Shown piece by piece: positions 1 to 12,600 of a DNA stretch of 64,000 nt. Both the position numbers and the translations under genes were made by a program. Within the stretch, counting starts at the first letter, position 1. Each line of letters starts with the position of its first letter. The notes beneath the pieces were generated by a model, which saw nothing but the letters and a program-made list of their open reading frames with translations, was not told the origin of the DNA and did no database searches. The stretch covers positions 18,972,001 to 19,036,000 of the forward strand of contig OZ024744.1 of the NCBI GenBank assembly GCA_964016885.1. Reading direction: 5' to 3'. The DNA is from Eledone cirrhosa. Its lineage: Eukaryota.

Positions 1-1859
1 GTATATCAATGTGTGTTTCTGTATCTCTGTGTCACGGTGTATGTCACAGCATGTTTGTGTATGTCTGTGTGACTGTGTATGTCACTGTGTGTTTCTGTAT
101 GGCTGTGTCACTGTGTATGTCACTGTATCTTTGTGTATGTCTGTGTCACTGTGTATGTCACAGTGTGTTTCTGTATGTCTGTGTCACTGTCTATGTCACT
201 GTATGTTTCTGAATGTCTGTGTCACTGTGTATGTCACTGTGTTTCTGTATGTCTGTGTCACGATGTATGTCACTGTATGTTTGTGTGTGACTGTGTCACT
301 GTGTATGTCACTGTATGTTTGTGTATGTCTGTGTCACTGTATGTTTCTGTATGTCTGTGTCACTGTGTATGTCACTGTGTGTTTCTGTATGTCTGTGTCA
401 CTGTGTATGTCATTGTATATTTGTGTATGTCTGTGTCACTGTGTATGTCACTGTATGTTTCTGTAAGTTTGTGTCACTGTGTATGTCACTGTGTGTTTCT
501 GTATGTCTGTGTCTCTGTGTATGTCACTGTATGTTTCTGTATGTCTGTTTCACTGTGTATGTCACTGTGTCTTTATGTATGTCTGTGTCACTCTGTATGT
601 CACTGTATATTTCTGTATGTCTGTGTCACTGTGTATGTCACTGTATGTTTCTGTATGTTTGTGTCACTGTGTATGTCACTGTATGTTTCTGTATGTCTGT
701 TTCACTGTGTATGTCACTGTGTCTTTATGTATGTCTGTGTCACTCTGTATGTCACTGTATATTTCTGTATGTCTGTGTCACTGTGTATGTCACTGTATGT
801 TTCTGTATGTCTGTGTCACTCTGTATGTCACTGTATGTTTCTATATGTCTGTGTCACTGTGTATGTCACTGTATGTTTCTGTATGTCTGTCTCACTGTGT
901 ATGTCACTGTGTGTTTCTGTATGTCTGTGTCACTCTGTATGTCACTGTATATGTCTGTATGTCTGTTTCACTGTGTATGTCACTGTATGTTTCTGTATGT
1001 CTGTGTCACTGTGTATGTCACTGTGTGTTTCTGTATGTCTGTGTCACTGTATATGTCACTGTAACTTTGTGTATGCCTGTGTCACTGTTTATGTCACTGT
1101 ATGTTTCTGTATATCTGTTTCACTGTGTATGACACTGTGTGTTTCTGTATGTATGTATCACTGTGTATGTCACTGTGTGTTTCTGTATGTCTGTGTCACT
1201 ATGTAAGTCATTGTATCTTTGTGTATGTCACTGTGTATTTCTGTATGTCTGTGTCACTGTGTATGTCACAGTGTGTTTCTGTATATCTGTGTCACTGTGT
1301 ATGTCACTGTATGTTTCTGTATGTATGTTTCACTGTGTATGTCACTAAATGTTTGTGTGTGTCTGTGTCTCTGTGTATGTCACTGTGTGTTTGCGTGTGT
1401 CTGTGTCACTGTGTATGTCACTGTGTGTTTCTGTATGTCTGTGTGACTGTGTATGTCACTGTTTGTTTGTGTATGTCTGTGTCACTGTGTGTGTTTCTGT
1501 ATGTCTGTGTCACTGTGTATGTCATTGCATCTTTGTGTATGTCTGTGTCACTCTGTATGTCACTGTGTGTTTCTGCATGTCTGTGTCACTGTGTATGTCA
1601 CTGTGTGTTCCTGTATGTCTGTGTCACTGTGTATGTCACTGTATGTTTCTGTATGTCTGTTTCACTGTGTATATCACTGTGTGTTTCTGTATGTCTGTGT
1701 CACTGTATATGTCACTGTATCTTTGTGTATCCCTGTGTCACTGTCTATGTCACTGTATGTTTCTGTATGTCTGTTTCACTGTGTATGTCACTGTATATTT
1801 GTGTATGTCTGTGTCACTCTGTATGTCACTGTGTGTTTCTGTATGTCTGTGTCACTATG

Positions 1860-4800
1860 TATGCCACTGTGTGTTTGTGTTGTCTGTGTCATTGTGTATG
1901 TCACTGGGTGTTTCTGTATGTCTGTGTCACTGTGTATGACACTGTGTCTTTCTGTATGCATGTATCACTGTGTATGTCACTGTGTGTATCTGTATGTCTG
2001 TGTCACTGTGTAAGTCATTGTATTTTTGTGTATGTCTGTGGCACTCTGTATGTCGTTGTGTGTTTCTGTATGTATGTGTCTCTGTGTATGTCACTGTATA
2101 TTTGTGTATGTATGTGTCACTGTGTATGTCACTGTGAGTTTCTCTATGTCTGTGTCACTGTGTATGTCACTGTATGTCTCTGTATGTCTGTGTCACTGTC
2201 TATGTCACTGTATCTTTGGGTATGTCTGTGTCACTGTGTATGTCACTGTGTGTTTATGTATTTCTGTGTCTCTGTGTATGCCACTGTATCTTTGTGTATG
2301 TCTGCGTCACTGTGTATGTCACTGTGTGTTTCTGTATGTCTGTGTCCCTGTGTATGTCACAGTGTGTTTCTGTATATATGTGTCTCTGTGTATGTCACTG
2401 TATCTTTGTGTATGTCTGTGTCACTGTGTGTTTGTGTATGTCTGTGTCACGGTATGTTTCTGTATGTCTGTGTCACTGTGTATGTCACTGTTTGTTTCTG
2501 TATGTATGTGTCACTGTGTATGTCACCGTATGTGTGTGTATGTCTGTGTCACGGTGTATGTCACTGTATCTTTGTGTATGCCTGTGTCACTGTGTATGTC
2601 ACTGTGTGTTTCTGTATGTCTGTGTCACTGTGTATGTCACTGTATGTTTGTGTGTGTCTGTGTCACTGTGTATGTCAATGTCTCTGTGTGTTTCTGTATG
2701 TCTGTGTCTCTGTGTATGTCACTGTATCTTTGTATATGTATGTGTCACTGTGTACGTCATTGTGTGTTTCTGTATGTCTGTGTCACTGTGTATATCATTG
2801 TGTGTTTCTGTATATCTGTGTCTCTGTGTATGTCACTGTTTGTTTGCGTGTGTCTGTGTGACTGTTTATGTCACTGTGTGTTTCTGTATGTCTGTGTGAC
2901 TGTGTATGTCACTGTGTGTTTGTGTATGTCTGTGTCACTGTATGTTTCTGTATGTCTGTGTCACTGTGTATGTCTGTGTCACTGTGTATGTCACTGTGTG
3001 TTTCTGTATGTCTGTGTCACTGTGTATGTCATTGTATCTTTGTGTATGTCTGTGTCACTGTGTCTTTATGTATGTCTGTGTCACTCTGTATGTCACTGTA
3101 TATTTCTGTATGTCTGTGTCACTGTGTATATCACTGTATGTTTCTGTATGTCTGTGTCACTGTGTATGTCACTGTGTATGTCACTGTATCTTTGTGTATG
3201 TACGTGTCACTGTGTATGTCACAGTGTGTTTCTGTATGTCTGTGTCACTGTCTATGTCACTGTATGTTCCTGAATGTCTGTGTCACTGTGTATGTCACTG
3301 TGTGTTTGTGTATGTCTGTGTCACTGTATGTTTCTGTATGTCTGTGTCACTGTGTATGTCACTGTGTGGTTCTGTATGTTTGTGTCACTGTGTATGACAT
3401 TGTATATTTGTGTATGTCTGTGTCACTGTGTATGTCACTGTATGTTTCTGTATGTTTGTGTCACTGTGTATGTCACTGTGTGTTTCTGTATGTCTGTGTC
3501 CCTGTGTATGTCACTGTATGTTTCTGTATGTCTGTTTCACTGTGTATGTCACTGTGTATTTATGTATGTCTGTGTCACTCTGTATGTCACTGTATATTTC
3601 TGTATGTATGTGTCACTGTGTATGTCACTGTATGTTTCTGTATGTCTGTGTCACTGTGTATGTAACTGTATGTTTCTGTATGTCTGTGTCACTGTGTATG
3701 TCACTGTATATTTGTGTATGTCTGTGTCCCTGTGTATGTCACTGTGTGTTTCTGTATGTTTGTGTCACTGTGTATGTCACTAAATGTTTGTGTGTGTCTG
3801 TGTCTCTGTGTATGTCACTGTTTGTTTGCGTGTGTCTGTGTCACTGTGTATGTCACTGTGTGTTTCTGTATGTCTGTGTGACTGTGTATGTCACTGTGTG
3901 TTTGTGTATGTCTGTGTCACTGTATGTTTGTGTTACTGTGTATGTCACTAAATGTTTGTGTGTGTCTGTGTCTCTGTGTATGTCACTGTGTGTTTGCGTG
4001 TGTCTGTGTCACTGTGTATGTCACTGTGTGTTTCTGTATGTCTGTGTCACTGTGTATGTCACTGTATGTTTCTGTATTCTGTTTCACTGTGTATATCACT
4101 GTGTGTTTCTGTATGTCTGTGTCACTGTATATGTCACTGTATCTTTGTGTATGCCTGTGTCACTGTCTATGTTACTGTATGTTTATGTATGTCTGTTTCA
4201 CTCTGTATGTCACTGCATATTTGTGTATGTCTGTGTCACTCTGTATGTCACTGTGTGTTTCTGTATGTCTGTGTCACTATGTATGCCACTGTATATTTGT
4301 GTTGTCTGTGTCATTGTGTATGTCACTGTGTCTTTCTGCATGTATGTATCACTGTGTATGTCACTGTGTGTATCTGTATGTCTGTGTCACTGTGTAAGTC
4401 ATTGTATCTTTGTGTATGTCTGTGGCACTCTGTATGTCGTTGTGTGTTTCTGTATGTACGTGTCTCTGTGTATGTCACTGTATATTTGTGTATGTATGTG
4501 TCACTGTGTATGTCACTGTGTGTTTCTGTATGTCTGTGTCTCTGTGTATGTCACTGTATCTTTGTGTATGTATGTGTCACTGTGTATGTCACTTTGTGTT
4601 TCTGTATGTCTGTGTCACTGTGTATATCACTGTGTGTTTCTGTATATCTGTGTCTCTGTGTATGTCACTGTATCTTTGTGTATGTCTGGGTCACTGTGTA
4701 TGTCACTGTATATTTGTGTATGTCTGGGTCAAGGTGTATATCACTGTATGTTTGTGTATGTCTGTGTCACTGTGTATGTCACTGTATGTTTCTGTATGTC

Positions 4801-5690
4801 TGTGTCACTGTGTATATCAATGTGTGTTTCTGTATCTCTGTGTCACGGTGTATGTCACTGCATGTTTGTGTATGTCTGTGTGACTGTGTATGTCACTGTC
4901 TGTTTCTGTATGGCTGTGTCACTGTGTATGCCACTGTATGTTTGTGTTGTCTGTGTCGTTGTGTATGTCACTGGGTGTTTCTGTATGTCTGTGTCACTGT
5001 GTATGACACTGTGTCTTTCTGTATGCATGTATCACTGTGTATGTCACTGTGTGTATCTGTATGTCTGTGTCACTGTGTAAGTCATTGTATTTTTGTGTAT
5101 GTCTGTGGCACTCTGTATGTCGTTGTGTGTTTCTGTATGTATGTGTCTCTGTGTATGTCACTGTTTATTTGTGTATGTATGTGTCACTGTGTATGTCACT
5201 GTGAGTTTCTCTATGTCTGTGTCACTGTGTATGTCACTGTATGTCTCTGTATGTCTGTGTCACTGTCTATGTCACTGTATCTTTGGGTATGTCTGTGTCA
5301 CTGTGTATGTCACTGTGTGTTTATGTATTTCTGTGTCTCTGTGTATGCCACTGTATCTTTGTGTATGTCTGCGTCACTGTGTATGTCACTGTGTGTTTCT
5401 GTATGTCTGTGTCCCTGTGTATGTCACAGTGTGTTTCTGTATATATGTGTCTCTGTGTATGTCACTGTATCTTTGTGTATGTCTGTGTCACTGTGTGTTT
5501 GTGTATGTCTGTGTCACGGTATGTTTCTGTATGTCTGTGTCACTGTGTATGTCACTGTTTGTTTCTGTATGTATGTGTCACTGTGTATGTCACCGTATGT
5601 GTGTGTATGTCTGTGTCACGGTGTATGTCACTGTATCTTTGTGTATGCCTGTGTCACTGTGTATGTCACTGTGTGTTTCTGTATGTCTGT
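1860..5690 (+). repeat. Dispersed duplication of about 0.75 kb (approx. 1860-2620 and 4930-5690, offset 3067 bp)
   Basis: ORF starts 2026/5093 and 2174/5241 share offset 3067 and near-identical translations. Both copies carry the rare variants ctttgggtat, gtatgcatgt and tatttttgtg. Boundaries are approximate. Confidence 0.85.
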
Positions 5691-6604
5691 GTCTCTGTGT
5701 ATGTCATTGTATCTTTGTGTATGTATGTGTCACTGTGTATGTCACTGTGTGTTTCTGTATGTCTGTGTCACTGTGTATATCACTGTGTGTTTCTGTATAT
5801 CTGTGTCTCTGTGTATGTCACTGTATCTTTGTGTATGTCTGGGTCACTGTGTATGTCACTGTATATTTGTGTATGTCTGTGTGACGGTGTATATCACTGT
5901 ATGTTTGTGTATGTCTGTGTCACTGTGTATGTCACTGTATGTTTCTGTATGTCTGTGTCACTGTGTATATCAATGTGTGTTTCTGTATCTCTGTGTCACT
6001 GTGTATGTCACTGCATGTTTGTGTATGTCTGTGTGACTGTGTATGTCACTGTGTGTTTCTGTATGGTTGTGTCACTGTGTATGTCACTGTATCTTTGTGT
6101 ATGTCTGTGTCACTGTGTATGTCACAGTGTGTTTCTGTATGTCTGTGTCACTGTCTATGTCACTGTATGTTTCTGAATGTCTGTGTCACTGTGTATGTCA
6201 CTGTGTGTTTCTGTATGTCTGTGTCACGGTGTATGTCACTGTATGTTTGTGTGTGACTGTGTCACTGTGTATGTCACTGTGTGTTTGTGTATGTCTGTGT
6301 CACTGTATGTTTCTGTATGTCTGTGTCACTGTGTATGTCACTGTGTGTTTCTGTATGTCTATGTCACTGTGTATGTCATTGTATCTTTGTGTATGTCTGT
6401 GTCACTGTGTATGTCACAGTATGTTTCTGTAAGTTTGTGTCACTGTGTATGTCACTGTGTGTTTCTGTATGTCTGTGTCTCTGTGTATGTCACTGTATGT
6501 TTCTGTATGTCTGTTTCACTGTGTATGTCACTGTATCTTTGTGTATGTCTGTGTCACTGTGTATGTCACAGTGTGTTTCTGTATGTCTGTGTCACTGTCT
6601 ATGT

Positions 6605-9600
6605 CACTGTATGTTTCTGAATGTCTGTGTCAATGTGTATGTCACTGTGTGTTTGTGTATGTCTGTGTCACTGTATGTTTCTGTATGTCTGTGTCACTGT
6701 GTATGTCACTGTGTGTTTCTGTATGTCTGTGTCACTTTGTATGTCACTGTATGTTTCTGTATGTCTGTTTCACTGTGTATATCACTGTGTGTTTCTGTAT
6801 GTCTGTGTCACTGTATATGTCACTGTATCTTTGTGTATGCCTGTGTCACTGTCTATGTCACTGTATGTTTCTGTATGTCTGTTTCACTGTGTATGTCACT
6901 GTATATTTGTGTATTTCTGTGTCACTCTGTATGGCACTGTGTGTTTCTGTATGTCTGTGTCACTATGTATGCCACTGTATATTTGTGTTGTCTGTGTCAT
7001 TGTGTATGTCACTGGGTTTTTCTGTATGTCTGTGTCACTGTGTATGACACTGTGTCTTTCTGTATGTATGTATCACTGTGTATGTCACTGTGTGTATCTT
7101 TATGTCTGTGTCACTGTGTAAGTCATTGTATCTTTGTGTATGTCAGTGGCACTCTGTATGTCGTTGTGTGTTTCTGTATGTATGTGTCTCTGTGTATGTC
7201 ACTGTATATTTGTGTATATATGTGTCACTGTGTATGTCACTGTGAGTTTCTCTATGTCTGTGTCACTGTGTATATCACTGTATGTCTCTGTATGTCTGTG
7301 TCACTGTCTATGTCACTGTATCTTTGTGTATGTCTGTGTCACTGTGTATGTCACTGTGTGTTTATGTATTTCTGTGTCTCTGTGTATGCCACTGTATCTT
7401 TGTGTATGTCTGCGTCACTGTGTATGTCACAGTGTGTTTCTGTATATATGCGTCTCTGTGTATGTCACTGTGTGTTTGCGTATGTCTGTGTCACTGTATG
7501 TTTCAGTATGTCTGTGTCACTGTGTATGTCACTGTGTGTTTCTGTATGTATGTGTCACCATGTATGTCATGTATCTTTGTGTATGCCTGTGTCACTGTGT
7601 ATGTCACTGTGTGTTTCTGTATGTTTGTGTCACTGTGTATGTCATTGTATATTTCTGTATGTCTGTGTCACTGTGTATGTCACTGTATGTTTCTGTATGT
7701 CTGTGTCACTGTGTATGTCACTGTGTGTTTCTGTATGTCTGTGTCACTGTATGTGTCACTGTATCTTTGTGTATGCCTGTGTCACTGGTTATGTCACTGT
7801 ATGTTTCTGTATGTCTGTTTCACTGTGTATGTCACTGTATATTTGTGTATGTCTGTGTCACTCTGTATGTCACTGTGTGTTTCTGTATGTCTGTGTCACT
7901 ATGTATGCCACTGTATGTTTGTGTTATCTGTGTCATTGTGTATGTCACTGGGCGTTTCTGTATGTCTGTGTCACTGTGTATGACACTGTGTGTTTCTGTA
8001 TGTATGTATCACTGTGTATGTCACTGTGTGTTTCTGAATGTCTGTGTCACTATGTAAGTCATTGTATCTTTGTGTATGTCTGTGGCACTCTGTATGTTGT
8101 TGTGTGTTTCTGTATGTATGTGTCTCTGTATCTTTGTGTATGTATGTGTCACTGTGTATGTTACTGTGAGTTTATGTATGTCTGTGTCACTGTGTATGTC
8201 ACTGTATGTCTATGTATGTCTGTGTCACTGTCTATGTCACTGTATCTTTGTGTATGTCTGTATTACTGTGTATGTCGCTGTGTGTTTATGTATGTCTGTG
8301 TCTCTGTGTATGTCACTGTATCTTTGCGTATGTCTGCGTCACTGTGTATGTCACTGTGTGTTTCTGTATGTCTGTGTCACTGTGTATGTCACAATGTGTT
8401 TCTGTATATCTCTGTCTCTGTGTATGTCACTGTATCTTTGTATATGTCTGTGTCACTGTGTATGTCACTATGTGTTTCTGTATGTCTGTGTGAGTGTACT
8501 TGTCACTGTTTGTTTGTGTATGTCTGTGTCACTGTGTGTGTTTCTGTATGTCTGTGTCACTGTGTATGTCATTGCATCTTTGTGTATGTCTGTGTCACTC
8601 TGTATGTCACTGTGTGTTTCTGCATGTCTGTGTCACTGTGTATGTCACTGTGTGTTCCTGTATGTCTGTATCACTGTGTATGTCACTGTATGTTTCTGTA
8701 TGTCTGTTTCACTGTGTATATCACTGTGTGTTTCTGTATGTCTGTGTCACTGTATATGTCACTGTATCTTTGTGTATGCCTGTGTCACTGTCTATGTCAA
8801 TGTATGTTTCTGTATGTCTGTTTCACTGTGTATGTCACTGTATATTTGTGTATGTCTGTGTCACTCTGTATGTCACTGTGTGTTTCTGTATGTCTGTGTC
8901 ACTATGTATGTTTGTGTTGTCTGTGTCATTGTGTATGTCACTGGGTGTTTCTGTATGTCTGTGTCACTGTGTATGACACTGTGTCTTTATGTATGTATGT
9001 ATCACTGTGTATGTCACTGTGTGTATCTGTATGTCTGTGTCATTGTGTAAGTCATTGTATCTTTGTGTATGTCTGTGGCACTCTGTTTGTCGTTGTGTGT
9101 TTCTGTATGTATGTGTCTCTGTGTATGTCACTGTATATTTATGTATGTATGTGTCACTGTGTATGTCACTGTGAGTTTCTCTATGTCTGTGTCACTGTGT
9201 ATGTCACTGTATGTCTCTGTATGTCTGTGTCACTGTCTATGTCACTGTATCTTTGTGTATGTCTGTGTCACTGTGTATGTCACTGTGTGTTTATGTATTT
9301 CTGTGTATCTGTGTATGCCACTGTATCTTTGTGTATGTCTGTGTCACTGTGTGTTTTTGTATGTCTGTGTCACTGTGTATGTCACTGTATGTTTGTGCGT
9401 GTCTGTGTCACTGTGTATGTCACTGTGTGTTTGTGTATGTCTGTGTCACTGTATGTTTTTGTATATCTGTGTCACTGTGTATGTCACTGTTTGTTTCTGT
9501 ATGTATGTGTCACTGTGTATGTCACCGTATGTGTGTGTATGTCTGTGTCACGGTGTATGTCACTGTATCTTTGTGTATGCCTTGTCACTGTGTATGTCAC

Positions 9601-12600
9601 TGTGTGTTTCTGTATGTCTGTGTCACCGTGTATGTCACTGTATGTTTGTGTGTGTCTGTGTCACTGTGTATGTCAATGTCTCTGTGTGTTTCTGTATGTC
9701 TGTGTCTCTGTGTATGTCACTGTATCTTTGTGTATGTATGTGTCACTGTGTATGTCACTGTGTGTTTCTGTATGTCTGTGTCACTGTGTATATCACTGTG
9801 TGTTTCTGTATATCTGTGTCTCTGTGTATGTCACTGTATCTTTGTGTATGTCTGGGTCACTGTGTATGTCACTGTATATTTGTGTATGTCTGTGTCACGG
9901 TGTATATCACTGTATGTTTGTGTATGTCTGTGTCACTGTGTATGTCACTGTATGTTTCTGTATATCTGTGTCTCTGTGTATGTCACTGTGTGTTTCTGTA
10001 TGGCTGTGTCACTGTGTATGTCACTGTATCTTTGTGTATGTCTGTGTCACTGTGTATGTCACAGTGTGTTTCTGTATGTCTGTGTCACTGTCTATGTCAC
10101 TGTATGTTTCTGAATGTCTGTGTCACTGTGTATGTCACTGTGTGTTTCTGTATGTCTGTGTCACGGTGTATGTCACTGTATGTTTGTGTGTGACTGTGTC
10201 ACTGTGTATGTCACTGTGTGTTTGTGTATGTCTGTGTCACTGTATGTTTCTGTATGTCTGTGTCACTGTGTATGTCACTGTGTGTTTCTGTATGTCTGTG
10301 TCACTGTGTATGTCATTGTATCTTTGTGTATGTCTGTGTCACTGTGTATGTCACTGTATGTTTCTGTAAGTTTGTGTCACTGTGTATGTCACTGTGTGTT
10401 TCTGTATGTCTGTGTCTCTGTGTATGTCACTGTATGTTTCTGTATGTCTGTTTCACTGTGTATGTCACTGTGTCTTTATGTATGTCTGTGTCACTCTGTA
10501 TGTCACTGTATATTTCTGTGTGTCTGTGTCACTGTGTATGTCACTGTATGTTTCTGTATGTTTGTGTCACTGTGTATGTCACTATGTTTCTGTATGTCTG
10601 TTTCACTGTGTATGTCACTGTATCTTTGTGTATGTCTGTGTCACTGTGTATGTCACTGTGTGTTTATGTATTTCTGTGTCTCTGTGTATGCCACTGTATC
10701 TTTGTGTATGTCTGCGTCACTGTCTATGTCACTGTGTGTTTCTGTATGTCTGTGTCACTGTGTATGTCACAGTGTGTTTCTGTATATATGTGTCTCTGTG
10801 TATGTCACTGTATCTTTGTGTATGTCTGTGTCACTGTGTGTTTCTGTATGTCTGTGTCACTGTGTATGTCACTGTATGTATGTGTGTGTCTGTGTCACTG
10901 TGTATGTCACTGTGTGTTTGTGTATGTCTGTGTCACTGTATGTTTCTGTATGTCTGTGTCACTGTGTATGTCACCGTATGTGTGTGTATGTCTGTGTCAC
11001 GGTGTATGTCACTGTATCTTTGTGTATGCCTGTGTCACTGTGTATGTCACTGTGTGTTTCTGTATGTCTGTGTCACTGTGTATGTCACTGTATGGTTGTG
11101 TGTGTCTGTGTCACTGTGTATGTCAATGTCTCTGTGTGTTTCTGTTTGTCTGTGTCTCTGTGTATGTCACTGTATCTTTGTGTATGTATGTGTCACTGTG
11201 TATGTCACTGTGTGTTTCTGTATGTCTGTGTCACTGTGTATATCACTGTGTGTTTCTTTATATCTGTGTCTCTGTGTATGTCACTGTATGTTTGTGTATG
11301 TCTGTGTCACTGTGTATGTCACTGTATGTTTCTGTATGTCTGTGTCACTGTGTATATCAATGTGTGTTTCTGTATCTCTGTGTCACGGTGTATGTCACTG
11401 TGTGTTTCTTTATATCTGTGTCTCTGTGTATGTCACTGTATGTTTGTGTATGTCTGTGTGACTGTGTATGTCACTGTGTGTTTCTGTATGGCTGTGTCAC
11501 TGTGTATGTCACTGTATCTTTGTGTATGTCTATGTCACTGTGTATGTCACAGTGTGTTTCTGTATGTCTGTGTCACTATCTATGTCACAGTATGTTTCTG
11601 AATGGCTGTGTCACTGTGTATGTCACTGTGTGTTTCTGTGTGTCTGTGTCACGGTGTATGTCACTGTATGTGTGTGTGTGACTGTGTCACTGTGTATGTC
11701 ACTGTGTGTTTGTGTATGTCTGTGTCACTGTATGTTTCTGTAGGTCTGTGTCACTGTGTATGTCACTGTGTGTTTCTGTATGCCTGTGTCACTGTGTATG
11801 TCATTGTATCTTTGTGTATGTCTGTGTCACTGTGTATGTCACTGTATGTTTCTGTAAGTTTGTGTCACTGTGTATGTCACTGTGTGTTTCTGTATGTCTG
11901 TGTCTCTGTGTATGTCACTGTATGTTTCTGTATGTCTGTTTCACTGTGTATGTCACTGTGTCTTTATGTATGTCTGTGTCACTCTGTATGTCACTGTATA
12001 TTTCTGTATGTCTGTGTCACTGTGTATATCACTGTATGTTTCTGTATGTCTGCGTCACTGTGTATGTCACACTGTGTTTCTGTATGTCTGTGTCACTGTC
12101 TATGTCACTGTATGTTTCTGAATGTCTGTGTCACTGTGTATGTTACTGTGTGTTTGTGTATGTCTGTGTCACTGTATGTTTCTGTATGTCTGTGTCACTG
12201 TGTATGTCAATGTGTGTTTCTGTATGTTTGTGTCACTGTGTATGTCACTAAATGTTTGTGTGTGTCTGTGTCTCTGTGTATATCACTGTGTGTTTCTGTA
12301 TATCTGTGTCTCTGTGTATGTCACTGTATCTTTGTGTATGTCTGGGTCACTGTGTATGTCACTCTGTGTTTCTGTATGTCTGTGTGACTGTGTATGTCAC
12401 TGTTTGTTTGTGTATGTCTGTGTCACTGTGTGTGTTTCTGTATGTCTGTGTCACTGTGTATGTCATTGCATCTTTGTGTATGTCTGTCTCACTCTGTATG
12501 TCACTGTGTGTTTCTGCATGTCTGTGTCACTGTGTATGTCACTGTGTGTTTCTGTATGTCTGTGTCACTGTGTATGTTACTGTTTGTTTCTGTATGTCTG

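Noticed and set aside
357-375. TGTCA (TGACA) TALE-homeodomain-like sites, twice per monomer
   Set aside because: A 5-bp motif without the full CTGTCA context is too unspecific to call regulatory without binding data.
2008-2140. Splice-donor-like hexamers GTAAGT and GTGAGT in the cassette, and GTATGT in every monomer
   Set aside because: Each is a one-base variant of the monomer's GTATGT or GTGTGT. AG acceptors are nearly absent on this strand and no exon structure is visible.
6281-10369. Very long Cys/Val/Met/Ser-rich ORFs (up to 1362 aa, also 25719, 46881, 55324), superficially like metallothionein or keratin-associated proteins
   Set aside because: All three + frames are open and give the same 38-aa cycle. 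The unit is not a multiple of 3 and indels shift frames freely. There is no unique N- or C-terminal domain. The ORFs are a by-product of a stop-free monomer.
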